In this document: piece by piece, positions 47,967-57,868 of the stretch
Layout of the letters: every line of letters begins with the position of its first letter
How positions within the stretch are numbered: the first letter of the stretch is position 1
NCBI GenBank assembly: GCA_903845365.1
Contig: CAIMXI010000475.1
Span: 24,912 to 88,911 of the forward strand
DNA length: 64,000 nucleotides
Direction: 5' to 3'
From: an uncultured Geobacteraceae bacterium
GTDB taxonomy: Bacteria > Desulfobacterota > Desulfuromonadia > Geobacterales > Pseudopelobacteraceae
Program-made: the position numbers and the translations under genes
The notes under the pieces: generated by a model
What the model was told of the DNA's origin: nothing
What the model saw: only the letters and a program-made list of their open reading frames with translations
The model's database searches: none

Positions 47967-50149
47967 TCAATACTCCAGAGCTTCCAGTGCACTTCTTCAC
48001 CATAGTCCTTAACGGCGAACCGTTTATCAGATACCACATAAACGTGCTCAACCGGCTGCCATTTCGCTGGCACTGGCATGTGGTGGAAGGAGTGGCTGAA
48101 CTTCGACACGACACGGCCTGGGCTCTTGCATATGGCGGAGCTGTGCCGGAGGCATACCACGAAAACGGCCTTAGCAATGACGGAACGACCAACTATCTTG
48201 ACCGTCTGGCGGCACTATTTCCGGACAATGTGTCCGTCTATCGGCTCGAACAGGGGAAGATGTGGGATGGCAAGTGTACAATGATAAATGCACCTTTGAA
48301 TTATATCAGGGAAGAATGTCTGCTCTGGCAGATAGATGTTGATGAGTTCTGGACAGAAGATCAGCTCTGTAGAGGGCGAGAGCTCTTTCTTCGGAATAGG
48401 GAGAAAACGGCTGCATGGTACGACTGCCATTTTTTTGTCGGGCCCAATCTACTGATTTCAGATACTGAAGCCGAAGGGCATCGTTTGAGCACGAACTGGC
48501 TGCGCACGTGGCGTTATACACCGGGATGCCGGTGGGCATCACACGAACCTCCCATTCTGGTACGTCCGGGAGAAAATGGCACAGACCTTGATATTGGCCG
48601 AGAGAATCCATTGCTACCTGACGAGACCCGCCATGAGGGGCTTGTTTTTCAACACAAAGCATATATTCTACAGAAACAGCTCAGGTTTAAGGAGGCGTAT
48701 TACGGTTACCACGGAGCAACCATGAATTGGCTGCTCCTGCAAAAGCAGCATGATTTCCCATTGCAGTTGAAGGAATTTTTCCCTTGGCCTTTTGTGGCTA
48801 ATGGGACGCTGGTGATACGGGACATTCAGGCAGGTGTAAAATCCATCCCGCTTCCGGAAGAAAGTGAATATGTTGTACTCGATACCCCTCAAGACCTTAA
48901 TAAGCTGAGCCGTTTTATAAAACGGATGGCACAAGATATTTATCCGGAAACGCCGAGCCTCCTGCATTCTGAAATAACAAGCAAGGCATTGGTGAAACTT
49001 GAAGAATTATTTCCCCTGCAGCCAGGTATGCATGTTCTTGATGTGGGGTGCGGTCAGGGTCCTGCCTTGGAATATTTCAGTTCCCGTAAACTCGAATACT
49101 TGGGAATTACTCTGAGTGAGGAGGATATTGCAGAGTGTCGAGCGAAGGGATATCGCGTTGAGAAGATGGATCAGTCATTTCTCACGTTTTCTAATGGCAG
49201 CAAGGATCTTGTATGGGCTCGTCACGTAATTGAGCATAGTATTTTCCCTCTCTTCACTCTGGAGGGTTTCTGGAAGGTTCTAAAGCCTGGTGGCATGCTC
49301 TATCTGGAGGCTCCCGCTCCGGAGACCTCCTGCCACCATGAACGAAACCCCAATCACTATAGTGTGCTTCCTAAAGGTTGCTGGCGTGCACTCCTTGAAC
49401 GGTGCGGATTTAAGATACTTGGTGATGTAGATTATTCTTTTGAAGTACCTGCCGGGCCTGATGTTTACTGGGGGTTTTATTGCCAGAAATTAGACACGGA
49501 GATTGGAGTGCATAATAGATACTATGGATTGGATCGCCTCGACAATAAGCTGCTTGCTTATATAGGTGATATTTCCAAGGGTTTTTTTGTAGAAGCTGGA
49601 GCACATGACGGGGTGTCACAATCAAACACTAAATTACTGGAAGAAATGGGCTGGAGTGGGTTACTCGTTGAGCCGTCGCCTACAGCCTTTGCACAATGTC
49701 AAAAAAATAGATGCAATCCTGTAGAAAATTGCGCCCTAGTTTCAGGCACTTACAGGGAGTCGTCCATTTGCGGAAGCTTTGACGGAAGTCTCTTGTCTGG
49801 CGTTCTTGGATCTAGCATGCGGAGTTCATCGGGCATTGTTATTCCTGCAAGAACAGTAGCAAGCCTTTTTCGCCAGTATAAAATTTCTCATGTTGACTTC
49901 TTCAGTCTTGATGTAGAAGGTTATGAATTGGAAGTATTGCATGGCATCGATTGGGATGAGGTAACCATTGACTGGTTTCTTATTGAGGTTAATAGTACGG
50001 CTTACGACATATCCTCATTTTTCAACTATATGAATAGTGTCGGTTATGACTGCATCGCCAAATTGTCTGACCACGAATCAAATCCATACTGGGACGGAAC
50101 TCATCAAGATTATCTGTTCAAGAGAAAAGGCAAGAGGGGTAGTCGGTAA
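47963..50149 (+). CDS. Tri-modular protein: GT-A-like N-domain + class I SAM methyltransferase + FkbM-type methyltransferase
   Basis: The N-domain has FFTIVLNGEPFI…WQIDVDEFW. The middle module has VLDVGCGQGPALEYF…LKPGGMLYLE. The C-terminal module has FFVEAGAHDGVSQSNT…VDFFSLDVEGYELEVL. Confidence 0.7.
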   Translation: MINTPELPVHFFTIVLNGEPFIRYHINVLNRLPFRWHWHVVEGVAELRHDTAWALAYGGAVPEAYHENGLSNDGTTNYLDRLAALFPDNVSVYRLEQGKMWDGKCTMINAPLNYIREECLLWQIDVDEFWTEDQLCRGRELFLRNREKTAAWYDCHFFVGPNLLISDTEAEGHRLSTNWLRTWRYTPGCRWASHEPPILVRPGENGTDLDIGRENPLLPDETRHEGLVFQHKAYILQKQLRFKEAYYGYHGATMNWLLLQKQHDFPLQLKEFFPWPFVANGTLVIRDIQAGVKSIPLPEESEYVVLDTPQDLNKLSRFIKRMAQDIYPETPSLLHSEITSKALVKLEELFPLQPGMHVLDVGCGQGPALEYFSSRKLEYLGITLSEEDIAECRAKGYRVEKMDQSFLTFSNGSKDLVWARHVIEHSIFPLFTLEGFWKVLKPGGMLYLEAPAPETSCHHERNPNHYSVLPKGCWRALLERCGFKILGDVDYSFEVPAGPDVYWGFYCQKLDTEIGVHNRYYGLDRLDNKLLAYIGDISKGFFVEAGAHDGVSQSNTKLLEEMGWSGLLVEPSPTAFAQCQKNRCNPVENCALVSGTYRESSICGSFDGSLLSGVLGSSMRSSSGIVIPARTVASLFRQYKISHVDFFSLDVEGYELEVLHGIDWDEVTIDWFLIEVNSTAYDISSFFNYMNSVGYDCIAKLSDHESNPYWDGTHQDYLFKRKGKRGSR

Positions 50150-50161
50150 ACCGACTACCCC
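50136..50161 (+). other. Perfect 11-bp hairpin with the stop codon of the preceding gene in its loop, followed by a C7 run
   Basis: GGGGTAGTCGG-TAAA-CCGACTACCCC. The C-run spans 50158-50164. Only a weak T-tract follows (cttgtttt). Confidence 0.5.
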
Positions 50162-50200
50162 CCCTTGTTTTACAGTAGCTGTGGCAAATATATTGCTGAC

Positions 50201-51052
50201 ATGGATTCTATGCGTATTCTTTTTACCATACCTCATTATTTTGGCCCCGGACCTTCCTGCTTCGGCTCCGCAGACGCATCGAAGCGCAAGCAGCGTGTTG
50301 CCTCTCTTCGTTCATGCATCGCTTCGCTTCATCATAATTTTGGACGTAGTCAGAAACTAGGAGATGTTTGCCCGGCCAATCAGATGTTGACCAATGATAT
50401 TGATATTGTGATCTGTGTAAACGGTTCAAATCATCTGATAAATGAACTTGATCTCCCTTCCGGCAGTTTTATATCGCGTGAATTTACAATGGCTAACCCT
50501 CTTTTCCTTGGTTATTCATGCTATGACGTTTTACGCGAAGCAAGTGGTAATTATGATTGGTACTGTTATCTTGAAGATGACATTGTCATATCGGATTCCT
50601 TGTTTTTTAGTAAGCTTCAGTGGTTCTACCATGTAGTTAATAATGCCAGGTATCTACTACAGCCGAATAGGTATGAAATTGGAGTAGATCCCGAATTTTC
50701 AAAGGTATATGTCGACGGTCCGGTCTGGTATAACAGCGCAGAATTTAATGCAGGGCTGCGTCTCCCGGGATGTTTTGACGAAATTTTGATTAAATGCGGT
50801 GAAACAACATTTCGGACGACTCCCGCACTGAATCCGCATTCAGGATGTTTCTTTCTGACCAATGTCCATCTTCGTCATCTGCTGGAGCAACCTTGGTACG
50901 GAGATCGGCTCGCACATTTTGCCGGCCCAATGGAGAGTGCCGCTACCCAGTACATCATAACACTGTTCAACGTCTTTAAGCCGGCTCTAGAGTGTGCCTC
51001 ATTTCTGGAGGTGTACCATCACCATCAGAAATGGGTAAATAATAAAACATAA
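50201..51052 (+). CDS. Hypothetical protein (possible GT-A-like transferase)
   Basis: MRILFTIPHYF… and YLEDDIVISD (a DxD-like motif). The start is uncertain (50165, 50201 or 50210). No family was recognised with confidence. Confidence 0.4.
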   Translation: MDSMRILFTIPHYFGPGPSCFGSADASKRKQRVASLRSCIASLHHNFGRSQKLGDVCPANQMLTNDIDIVICVNGSNHLINELDLPSGSFISREFTMANPLFLGYSCYDVLREASGNYDWYCYLEDDIVISDSLFFSKLQWFYHVVNNARYLLQPNRYEIGVDPEFSKVYVDGPVWYNSAEFNAGLRLPGCFDEILIKCGETTFRTTPALNPHSGCFFLTNVHLRHLLEQPWYGDRLAHFAGPMESAATQYIITLFNVFKPALECASFLEVYHHHQKWVNNKT

Positions 51053-51062
51053 AGGCGAATAG

Positions 51063-53015
51063 GTGACTCTTCTGCGCAACAAATTAATAAATAACACTAA
51101 AACAGTCTGGCTTTCCTACGTGGGCTATTCTGTGACGACTGCCGTTTACATTGAACGGGCATTGCGTAAAATTTGTCGTACTGTTACGGTTGGGCCACCA
51201 CTTCCAGGCGAATTCATCGAAAAGTGGCAGCTTCAAAATATGAAACAGCCAATCCTTCATCACGATATTGAAACCGATTTTGAAACTGATATGGGTGAGG
51301 TGTTATCGTTAAATCCTGATATACCACGCCCGGATCTTTTTCTCTGGATCGAGTCGGCGCTCGGCTACATACCTGGCAATATCGCTGCTCTTGAATGTCC
51401 TACCTGCTGTTACCTCATCGATAGTCATCTGCAACTTGAAAGGCATTTGAAACAAGCCGTGGACTTTGATTATGTATTTATAGTCCATCGTGCATATCTG
51501 GAAGAGTTCCGGAAGGTAAATCCCAGGACATACTGGTTGCCGGTTGGTTGCGACGTAGAGGTACACCGTCAATGGGCGGTTGAAAAAATTCACCGGATTG
51601 GATTTGTAGGCGCAGTCATTCCTGGGTCACGGCGTGAGAAGCTGGTGAATAGATTGCTCGCTGCAGGTGCACTTCACTATGAGCGTTGTTATGGGGATGA
51701 AATGTCGCGGGTTTTCTCAGAATCACGTATTGTGTTTAATAATGCGGCCAACCATGATCTGAATATGCGCTTTTTTGAGGTTCTTTCGACTGGAGCCATG
51801 CTGCTTTCTGATGCGACTCTAGGAAGTGGTCAAACCGAACTGTTCAGAGACGGGGAGGACTATGCCTGTTATCAGGATGGCAATCTGCTGGAAACGGCTC
51901 GCTTCTACCTGGAAAATGAAGAGTTGAGAGAACGGATCGCCGCTCGGGGGCAGCGGTTGGTACACAATGCACACACCTACCGGCATCGTGTTGAAGATCT
52001 TATGGCTGTTGTCTGCGAAGGGAAACCGGATACATTCTCGCTTGCAGAGCTACGGGAGCGTTCATTGATAGGGCTGACCGCGCCTTTGGAGGAGATGCAG
52101 AGCCGGATTGAGATCAACTTACCGGCAAGGAGTTTTGTTATTCCGGTACTCGACTATTCGCCCGCCAGTGAATACAACATACTAACGTTGCTAAACGACC
52201 TTGAAAGTATTGATGGAGAGGTAATAGTTGTATTCAACGGTGCGGATATTGGTGAAGAGTTAAAATGGCATCCCCGCATCACTCGCCATGCCATCATGAA
52301 ACAGAATGTAGGTGTGGCGAGAGGGTGGAATGTAGGTTTTGACATGGCCGAGGGTAAATCAGTCTTCATCGTTAATGCCGATGCTCATATCTCGTCTAAT
52401 GCTGTAGTCTCCATCGAACAGGGGTTGTATACACTGCCCGGCGCAGTCTGTGTCGGCCCTCAAGGGGCGTTTTTCAATTTTTCGCTCTGTACCGATCACT
52501 GTTACTTTGACAAGGGGAGTTTCAATCAGGCCATGGAAGTAGATGCGGTCTCCGGTTTCTTTTTTGCGGTAAACCGCAGACTTTTTTCGGAAAACGGACT
52601 ACACTTCGAGCCTGCGTACACACCCTGTTATTTTGAAGAGTGGGATCTGGCGCTCCAGGCAAAACGCGCCGGACTCAAGTGTTACATAGTGCCGACAGAA
52701 GCGTACGATCACCACTGGAGCGGTACCATCAGAGCCTTGCGAACAATCCCCTATCTGGGGCGTGAGGAGGAGGCCGGAGCTGTCCTCAAGCGGAACCGTC
52801 AGCTCTTTCTGGCCAAGTGGCGGGCAATTGCACGAAAGGAGCATAAACCTGAACTGCTGGAGAGTGGCTGGAAAAGGTATCTGCTTGCGACCGTGAGGGA
52901 GTTTATGGCCACAGGCAGGCAGACAGAGGCTCTTGAGAAGATGCAGAGTTTGTTTGAATTATATCCTCATGACTTTGAAGTTGTATCGCTGTATAAGTTC
53001 GTTTCGCTTGTATAA
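51063..53015 (+). CDS. CgeB-type glycosyltransferase (GT1_2) fused to a GT2-like domain
   Basis: The N-terminal module has NMRFFEVLSTGAMLLSD…ELFRDGEDYACYQD…. The C-terminal half has SFVIPVLDYSP… and EEWDL. GTG start. Confidence 0.65.
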   Translation: MTLLRNKLINNTKTVWLSYVGYSVTTAVYIERALRKICRTVTVGPPLPGEFIEKWQLQNMKQPILHHDIETDFETDMGEVLSLNPDIPRPDLFLWIESALGYIPGNIAALECPTCCYLIDSHLQLERHLKQAVDFDYVFIVHRAYLEEFRKVNPRTYWLPVGCDVEVHRQWAVEKIHRIGFVGAVIPGSRREKLVNRLLAAGALHYERCYGDEMSRVFSESRIVFNNAANHDLNMRFFEVLSTGAMLLSDATLGSGQTELFRDGEDYACYQDGNLLETARFYLENEELRERIAARGQRLVHNAHTYRHRVEDLMAVVCEGKPDTFSLAELRERSLIGLTAPLEEMQSRIEINLPARSFVIPVLDYSPASEYNILTLLNDLESIDGEVIVVFNGADIGEELKWHPRITRHAIMKQNVGVARGWNVGFDMAEGKSVFIVNADAHISSNAVVSIEQGLYTLPGAVCVGPQGAFFNFSLCTDHCYFDKGSFNQAMEVDAVSGFFFAVNRRLFSENGLHFEPAYTPCYFEEWDLALQAKRAGLKCYIVPTEAYDHHWSGTIRALRTIPYLGREEEAGAVLKRNRQLFLAKWRAIARKEHKPELLESGWKRYLLATVREFMATGRQTEALEKMQSLFELYPHDFEVVSLYKFVSLV

Positions 53016-53035
53016 ACTTTATTGGAGGTCGAAGG

Positions 53036-54181
53036 ATGCAATATCTGTATAGAATTAAGGAGAACCTCCGTTGCGCCCTTAATTTATTACAATTGACAGA
53101 AAATCAAGGTAACATCGCCGGAATGAATAGCTGCCTGAGTCGTCTCGGAGATATGCTGTTGTTCTACCGTATGAACTGGGATCTTTCCGAAGATTGGGTA
53201 TATGAAGAGATGATTAAAATCCTAAAAGAACCGGCTGACTTAATGATCGCTGCCGCCATGGATTGTGAAAAGCGATTATTAAGTGAAGCTGCGGCTCAAT
53301 TTGTTAATGCGGCATATCTTATTAGTTCAGGGTCTCAACATAAAACTATTGCAGCCAGCTACTGTCGAAAGAGCGGAAATATAAAAAAGGCTCGCAAGAT
53401 CTGCCTTGAATTGAGCACGCAACAACCGGAAAATCAGACTGTCTTGTCTGAATTGTTTTCATGCGATGTCGCCGAACGATTCTGGCCGCTTGACTACTAT
53501 CATCTGTTGGCGGAAATTCATCGCAAGTGGCCGCCACGTGTCTATATAGAAATCGGTGTCGCAACCGGCAAATCACTTGCATTGACCGGCACCAGTACAC
53601 GTTCGCTCGGTATAGACCCATCTACGGCCAGCCAGGAACATTTTCACTATAATTCTCCCGAAAACGATCCACATCTATATAAAATGACCAGTGATGATTT
53701 CTTTGCAAACTGCGATGTTATTAAAGAGATGGGACGACCACACTTTGACGTCGCTTTCATTGACGGACTTCATCATTTCGACCAGGTGTTACGTGACTTC
53801 ATCAATCTTGAAAAATTCGCAGGGCCAGACTCCATAATTTTGATTCATGACGGTCTGCCGATAAATGCCCGCGTTGCAGTCCGGGAGCCATCCACTTGGT
53901 TCTGGACCGGAGATGTCTGGAAGGCAATACCTTGCCTGTTGGCCATCAGACCTGACCTTGAGATTATCACACTTCCGGCTTCCCCTTCAGGACTTGCCCT
54001 GATTCGCCGTTTGGATCCTTCCTCACATATTCTGGAGCGACAGTACGACAGTCTGGTTCAGCACTTTGCTGCTCTTGAACTTCCTAATGACTGGAGTGAG
54101 CGCTGCACAATGCTTAACGTTCAGGTGGATCAGGCTGCCTTTAATCTGGCTGACTACCTACCACCGGAAGGATGGTCATGA
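53036..54181 (+). CDS. Helical N-domain + class I SAM-dependent methyltransferase (Methyltransf_24/CmcI-like)
   Basis: VYIEIGVATGKSLAL…VAFIDGLHHFDQVLRDF…ILIHD. A GGAGG RBS is present. Confidence 0.6.
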   Translation: MQYLYRIKENLRCALNLLQLTENQGNIAGMNSCLSRLGDMLLFYRMNWDLSEDWVYEEMIKILKEPADLMIAAAMDCEKRLLSEAAAQFVNAAYLISSGSQHKTIAASYCRKSGNIKKARKICLELSTQQPENQTVLSELFSCDVAERFWPLDYYHLLAEIHRKWPPRVYIEIGVATGKSLALTGTSTRSLGIDPSTASQEHFHYNSPENDPHLYKMTSDDFFANCDVIKEMGRPHFDVAFIDGLHHFDQVLRDFINLEKFAGPDSIILIHDGLPINARVAVREPSTWFWTGDVWKAIPCLLAIRPDLEIITLPASPSGLALIRRLDPSSHILERQYDSLVQHFAALELPNDWSERCTMLNVQVDQAAFNLADYLPPEGWS

Positions 54182-56862
54182 ACGTCGCAATGCCTCATGG
54201 TACTACCCACGGCTGGGGGATCGCCGGAAACTATCTGACGGCTGAGATAGCAAAACTGCCGCCGATTCCGGATGTGACTCTGCACTGCGTGGCTGGGCAC
54301 CATTTTGTGGCAAGTGATGAGGCACAGTGGAACCGCTTCAATATCGGTTACTGTTTTTTCGAGTATGAGATTCTCGCCTATCGCTACATTCCGGAAGCGG
54401 CCAAACGGTGGGATCATATCGTTGCAGGATCAAGCTGGTGCGAACATCACCTTCGCATTGCGGGGATGGAGAGCACCTCAACCGTCCTGCAAGGGGTTGA
54501 TCCGGCAATATTCCATTCATTGCCGCCTCGTCAGGATGATGGTCGTTTCATCGTCTTTTCGGGAGGGAAATTCGAGTTCCGCAAAGGACATGATCTGGTC
54601 ATTGCTGCCATGCAGATTTTCATGGCCAGACACCATGATGTCTGGCTCGCCTGCGCCTGGCACAACCATTGGCCGAATTCAATCAGGACAATGGAGCAAT
54701 CCCGTTGTATCAAGTTTCAATATAGGGATCTCCCATGCGACCAACTTTACTCCGGCTTGATCTCTACTAATGGTATCGATCCGGCCCGTGTCATACTCTA
54801 CCCTGTGATGGAAAACCATCTTATCAAGTCGGTATATGCCAACAGCGATGTCGGACTGTTTCCCAATCGTTGCGAGGGGGGCAACAACATGGTGATGTGT
54901 GAGTACATGGCCTGTGGCAGGCCGGTCATAGCTTCGACCATGACCGGACATCGTGATGTTGTCGCACGTGAGCATGCCCTTTGTCTGCAGAGCTACGAAC
55001 CGGTTCTGGCGCGTATCGGTAATGATATTGCCGGTGTCTGGTTTGAGCCGGCTCTTGAGGAGATAATCGCACTTCTGGAACAGGCATATTGCGACAGACA
55101 GATGCTTCAGGGTGTCGGCAAAGCTGCAGCTATGGCAATGACACGGCTATCCTGGTCTGGTGCCGCCCGGAATTTTCATGCTCTTGCCGATCAACTGGCT
55201 AAGCCACATCGTGCTGCTGCCGTTTCGACTCTACCGGAAGATCCTGAACTGCTGTTTGCTGCCGGGTGCTTCGCCGAAGCAGAAAAAGGGTTCCGCACTC
55301 TGCTGGAGAAGTCTCCCTTTGATCCGGAACTTTACAACAGTCTGGCGACAACTCTTGACCGGCTAGAGAGGTATGGCGAAGCTGCCTGGTATTATGAAAA
55401 GGCTCTGGCTCTTCGCCCAAGTTTTTTTATTGCCCGCTTTAACCTTGCCAATACATTGAAACGGCTTGGGGATTGTGGAGCTGCCATTGAAAATCTCGAG
55501 CTTGCAGTTGCCGAAGAGCCGAAATTCGTTGCGGCCTGGCAGAATCTTGCCCTCTGTTTTTTTGACGGGGGAAATCTGCATCGAGCCGTTGAGTGCCAGG
55601 AGCGGGCTGTTCTTTTGGAGCCTGACTGCACGAAAAGCAGAATAGACCTGGGCGATATGCTTATGGAGCTGGGTCGTTATCAGGACGCTATAACATGTTT
55701 TGATGAGGTGCTGGCTTCAACACCTGATAACGCTGGAGTACTCAATTCCAAGGGGATGTCCTTGCAGGATCTTGAAGATCTTGACGGCGCCGAGACCTGT
55801 TACCGTCGGATACTGGAGGACGATCCTGGTAATACGGAGGCGCTCAACAACCTGGGTACCATTCTCCGTTCGCGCGGCATGCCACTTCAGGCAATCGACT
55901 ATTTTGACCGTGCCCTGCAGGAAGTACCTGGTGATGGACAATTGATATTTAACCGTTCACTGGCCAGGCTCACGCTGGGAGATTTTCAAGCAGGGTGGCA
56001 GGATTATGAAAGCAGATTTTCACTGGCTGGCCCTGTTAAACTGAACCATCCGGATCTGCCGCGATGGCATGGCGAACCGTTGGGTGGTAAAACCCTGTTG
56101 GTGCAGGCCGAGCAGGGGTACGGAGACACACTGCTGTTTGCTCGTTATTTACCGTTGCTGAACCGTTTCGGAGGTTCTGTGCTGTTTGAGGCACAGGATC
56201 ATTCCATAAAATTGGCGATTGATCGTATAGACCCGTCAGTTACCGTTATTGACAGAGGAGAACAACTTCCGGAAGTAGACTGTCAGGTGCCGTTACTAAG
56301 TCTGCCGTTGATCTTTAATACTGATTTCGCCACGATTCCCTTCCCCAACGGCTATCTATTTCCGGATTACGATAGAAAAAAAGGATGGGATCAGTTTCTG
56401 GGCTCATCTGACCGACGGATGAGGATCGGCCTTGTGTGGGGTGGCAGAAAACCTCGCCTGAATGCAAACCGCTCCATGCGATTACAGGATATGCTGCCGA
56501 TACTGCAGGTTAAAGGACTTCGCTTTATCAGCCTTCAGACAGGTGATGATGCTGCACAGTCGTCTGAATTCGGCGGGCTTGTTGAGGATGTTATGCACAA
56601 GGTGACCAGTTTTGCCGATACCGCAGCACTTGTTGCGACGCTGGATCTGGTCATATCAGTCGACACTGCCGTGGCGCATCTGGCTGGCGCACTAGGTGTT
56701 AATACCTGGGTTTTGCTGAAATATGCTTCTGACTGGCGCTGGTTTCTGGAACGCGATGACAGCCCTTGGTACTCCTCTATGAGGCTCTTCCGCCAGGAGG
56801 TGACGGGAGAGTGGAGCGCGCCTGTTACCCGGATTTTGGAGGCTTTAAAAAAGCAGTCATAA
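54172..56862 (+). CDS. GT4 glycosyltransferase + TPR + GT9-like tri-domain protein
   Basis: The GT4 module is at aa 1-~345 (FSGGKFEFRKGHDL…FPNRCEGGNNMVMCEYMACGRPVI). TPRs occupy aa ~350-600. The GT9-like tail reads W.DYESRF…LPRWHGEPL…VQAEQGYGDTLLFARY…VDTAVAHLAGALGVNTWVLLKYASDWRW…SPWYSSMRLFRQ. Confidence 0.8.
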   Translation: MVMNVAMPHGTTHGWGIAGNYLTAEIAKLPPIPDVTLHCVAGHHFVASDEAQWNRFNIGYCFFEYEILAYRYIPEAAKRWDHIVAGSSWCEHHLRIAGMESTSTVLQGVDPAIFHSLPPRQDDGRFIVFSGGKFEFRKGHDLVIAAMQIFMARHHDVWLACAWHNHWPNSIRTMEQSRCIKFQYRDLPCDQLYSGLISTNGIDPARVILYPVMENHLIKSVYANSDVGLFPNRCEGGNNMVMCEYMACGRPVIASTMTGHRDVVAREHALCLQSYEPVLARIGNDIAGVWFEPALEEIIALLEQAYCDRQMLQGVGKAAAMAMTRLSWSGAARNFHALADQLAKPHRAAAVSTLPEDPELLFAAGCFAEAEKGFRTLLEKSPFDPELYNSLATTLDRLERYGEAAWYYEKALALRPSFFIARFNLANTLKRLGDCGAAIENLELAVAEEPKFVAAWQNLALCFFDGGNLHRAVECQERAVLLEPDCTKSRIDLGDMLMELGRYQDAITCFDEVLASTPDNAGVLNSKGMSLQDLEDLDGAETCYRRILEDDPGNTEALNNLGTILRSRGMPLQAIDYFDRALQEVPGDGQLIFNRSLARLTLGDFQAGWQDYESRFSLAGPVKLNHPDLPRWHGEPLGGKTLLVQAEQGYGDTLLFARYLPLLNRFGGSVLFEAQDHSIKLAIDRIDPSVTVIDRGEQLPEVDCQVPLLSLPLIFNTDFATIPFPNGYLFPDYDRKKGWDQFLGSSDRRMRIGLVWGGRKPRLNANRSMRLQDMLPILQVKGLRFISLQTGDDAAQSSEFGGLVEDVMHKVTSFADTAALVATLDLVISVDTAVAHLAGALGVNTWVLLKYASDWRWFLERDDSPWYSSMRLFRQEVTGEWSAPVTRILEALKKQS

Positions 56863-56868
56863 AAAGGC

Positions 56869-56895
56869 TAAAGTTTACGAGACGCTCGCCGATAG
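56869..56895 (+). promoter_or_regulatory. Sigma-28 (FliA) promoter upstream of flagellin
   Basis: TAAAGTTT-N11-GCCGATAG compared with the enterobacterial consensus TAAAGTTT-N11-GCCGATAA, a single mismatch. It lies ~70 nt upstream of the flagellin ATG. Confidence 0.75.
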
Positions 56896-56966
56896 TTTCA
56901 AATACACAAGCGATTATCCAATAATGGTCAGAAGACCATAATAAACCAAGAAAGGGGTATCAAATC

Positions 56967-57776
56967 ATGGCAGACGTAACATTAACATCAGGCATGCGTA
57001 ATAATCTCTTGCAACTCCAGGGGACCTCCAAGCTCATCGACCGCACACAGGAGCGCCTTTCAACCGGTAAAAAGGTAAACAGCGCACTCGACAATCCGAC
57101 CAACTATTTTGCGGCACAGGCGGCAGTCAACAGATCAGCCGACTTGGCTATCCGTAAAGATGGCATGGCAGAGGGAATCCAGACCGTAAAGTCTTCCGAT
57201 GCCGGTATAACTGCCATTGCAGCTTTAATCGAAGCAGCCAAAGGTATTGCGTCTGCAGCTTTAGCGGCAGATGCGGATGGTCGTGGCGCATTCGTAACAC
57301 AGTATGACACTCTGATGTCACAAATCGACACCCTGAGCAGCGATTCCGGCTACAGAGGCACCAATCTCCTGAACGGCGCTAACCTGACTGTCACCTTCAA
57401 CGAGGATGGCGCTTCGAAGCTGACAGTTAACGGATTTACAGCCACATCTACTGGCTTAAGTATTACGGGTGGTGGTGCTTGGGGTGGAACCGAAGCTCAG
57501 GTTATAACACTGGAACAGCAGCGCCTAGCCAGTGCCACAACTATTTTACGCACGCAATCTAAAAACCTTGCCGGTAACCTGAACATCATTTCTACTCGTC
57601 AGAATTTCACCGATAGTATGATTACTACGCTGCAGACCGGTTCCGACAACCTGACTCTGGCCGACATGAATGAGGAAGGCGCCAACATGCTGATGCTGCA
57701 GACCCGCCAATCCTTGGGCACTACAGCCTTAAGTCTCTCTTCGCAGGCTTCCCAGGCTGTCCTCAGACTCTTCTAG
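56967..57776 (+). CDS. fliC: Flagellin (short, 269 aa, FlbT/FlaF-associated type)
   Basis: The conserved N-terminus (…LSTGKKVNSALDNPTNYFAAQA…) and C-terminus (…MLMLQTRQSLGTTALSLSSQASQAVLRLF) are separated by a short, Thr/Ser/Gly-rich central region. Confidence 0.9.
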   Translation: MADVTLTSGMRNNLLQLQGTSKLIDRTQERLSTGKKVNSALDNPTNYFAAQAAVNRSADLAIRKDGMAEGIQTVKSSDAGITAIAALIEAAKGIASAALAADADGRGAFVTQYDTLMSQIDTLSSDSGYRGTNLLNGANLTVTFNEDGASKLTVNGFTATSTGLSITGGGAWGGTEAQVITLEQQRLASATTILRTQSKNLAGNLNIISTRQNFTDSMITTLQTGSDNLTLADMNEEGANMLMLQTRQSLGTTALSLSSQASQAVLRLF

Positions 57777-57812
57777 TCGTAAACGAAGAGGACGCGTCAA
57801 TTTAAACCTGAG

Positions 57813-57845
57813 CGGGGAGAGGGCAACCTCTCCCCGTTTGCATAT
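57813..57845 (+). terminator. Intrinsic terminator after flagellin
   Basis: CGGGGAGAGG-gcaa-CCTCTCCCCG followed by TTTGCATATTTT. Confidence 0.6.
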
Positions 57846-57868
57846 TTTATAATTGTGAGGTGATTACT

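Noticed and set aside
53855-53862. Internal GCCGATAA (sigma-28 -10 box) inside the methyltransferase gene.
   Set aside because: There is no TAAA-like -35 element at the required 15-nt spacing, so it is probably a chance occurrence.
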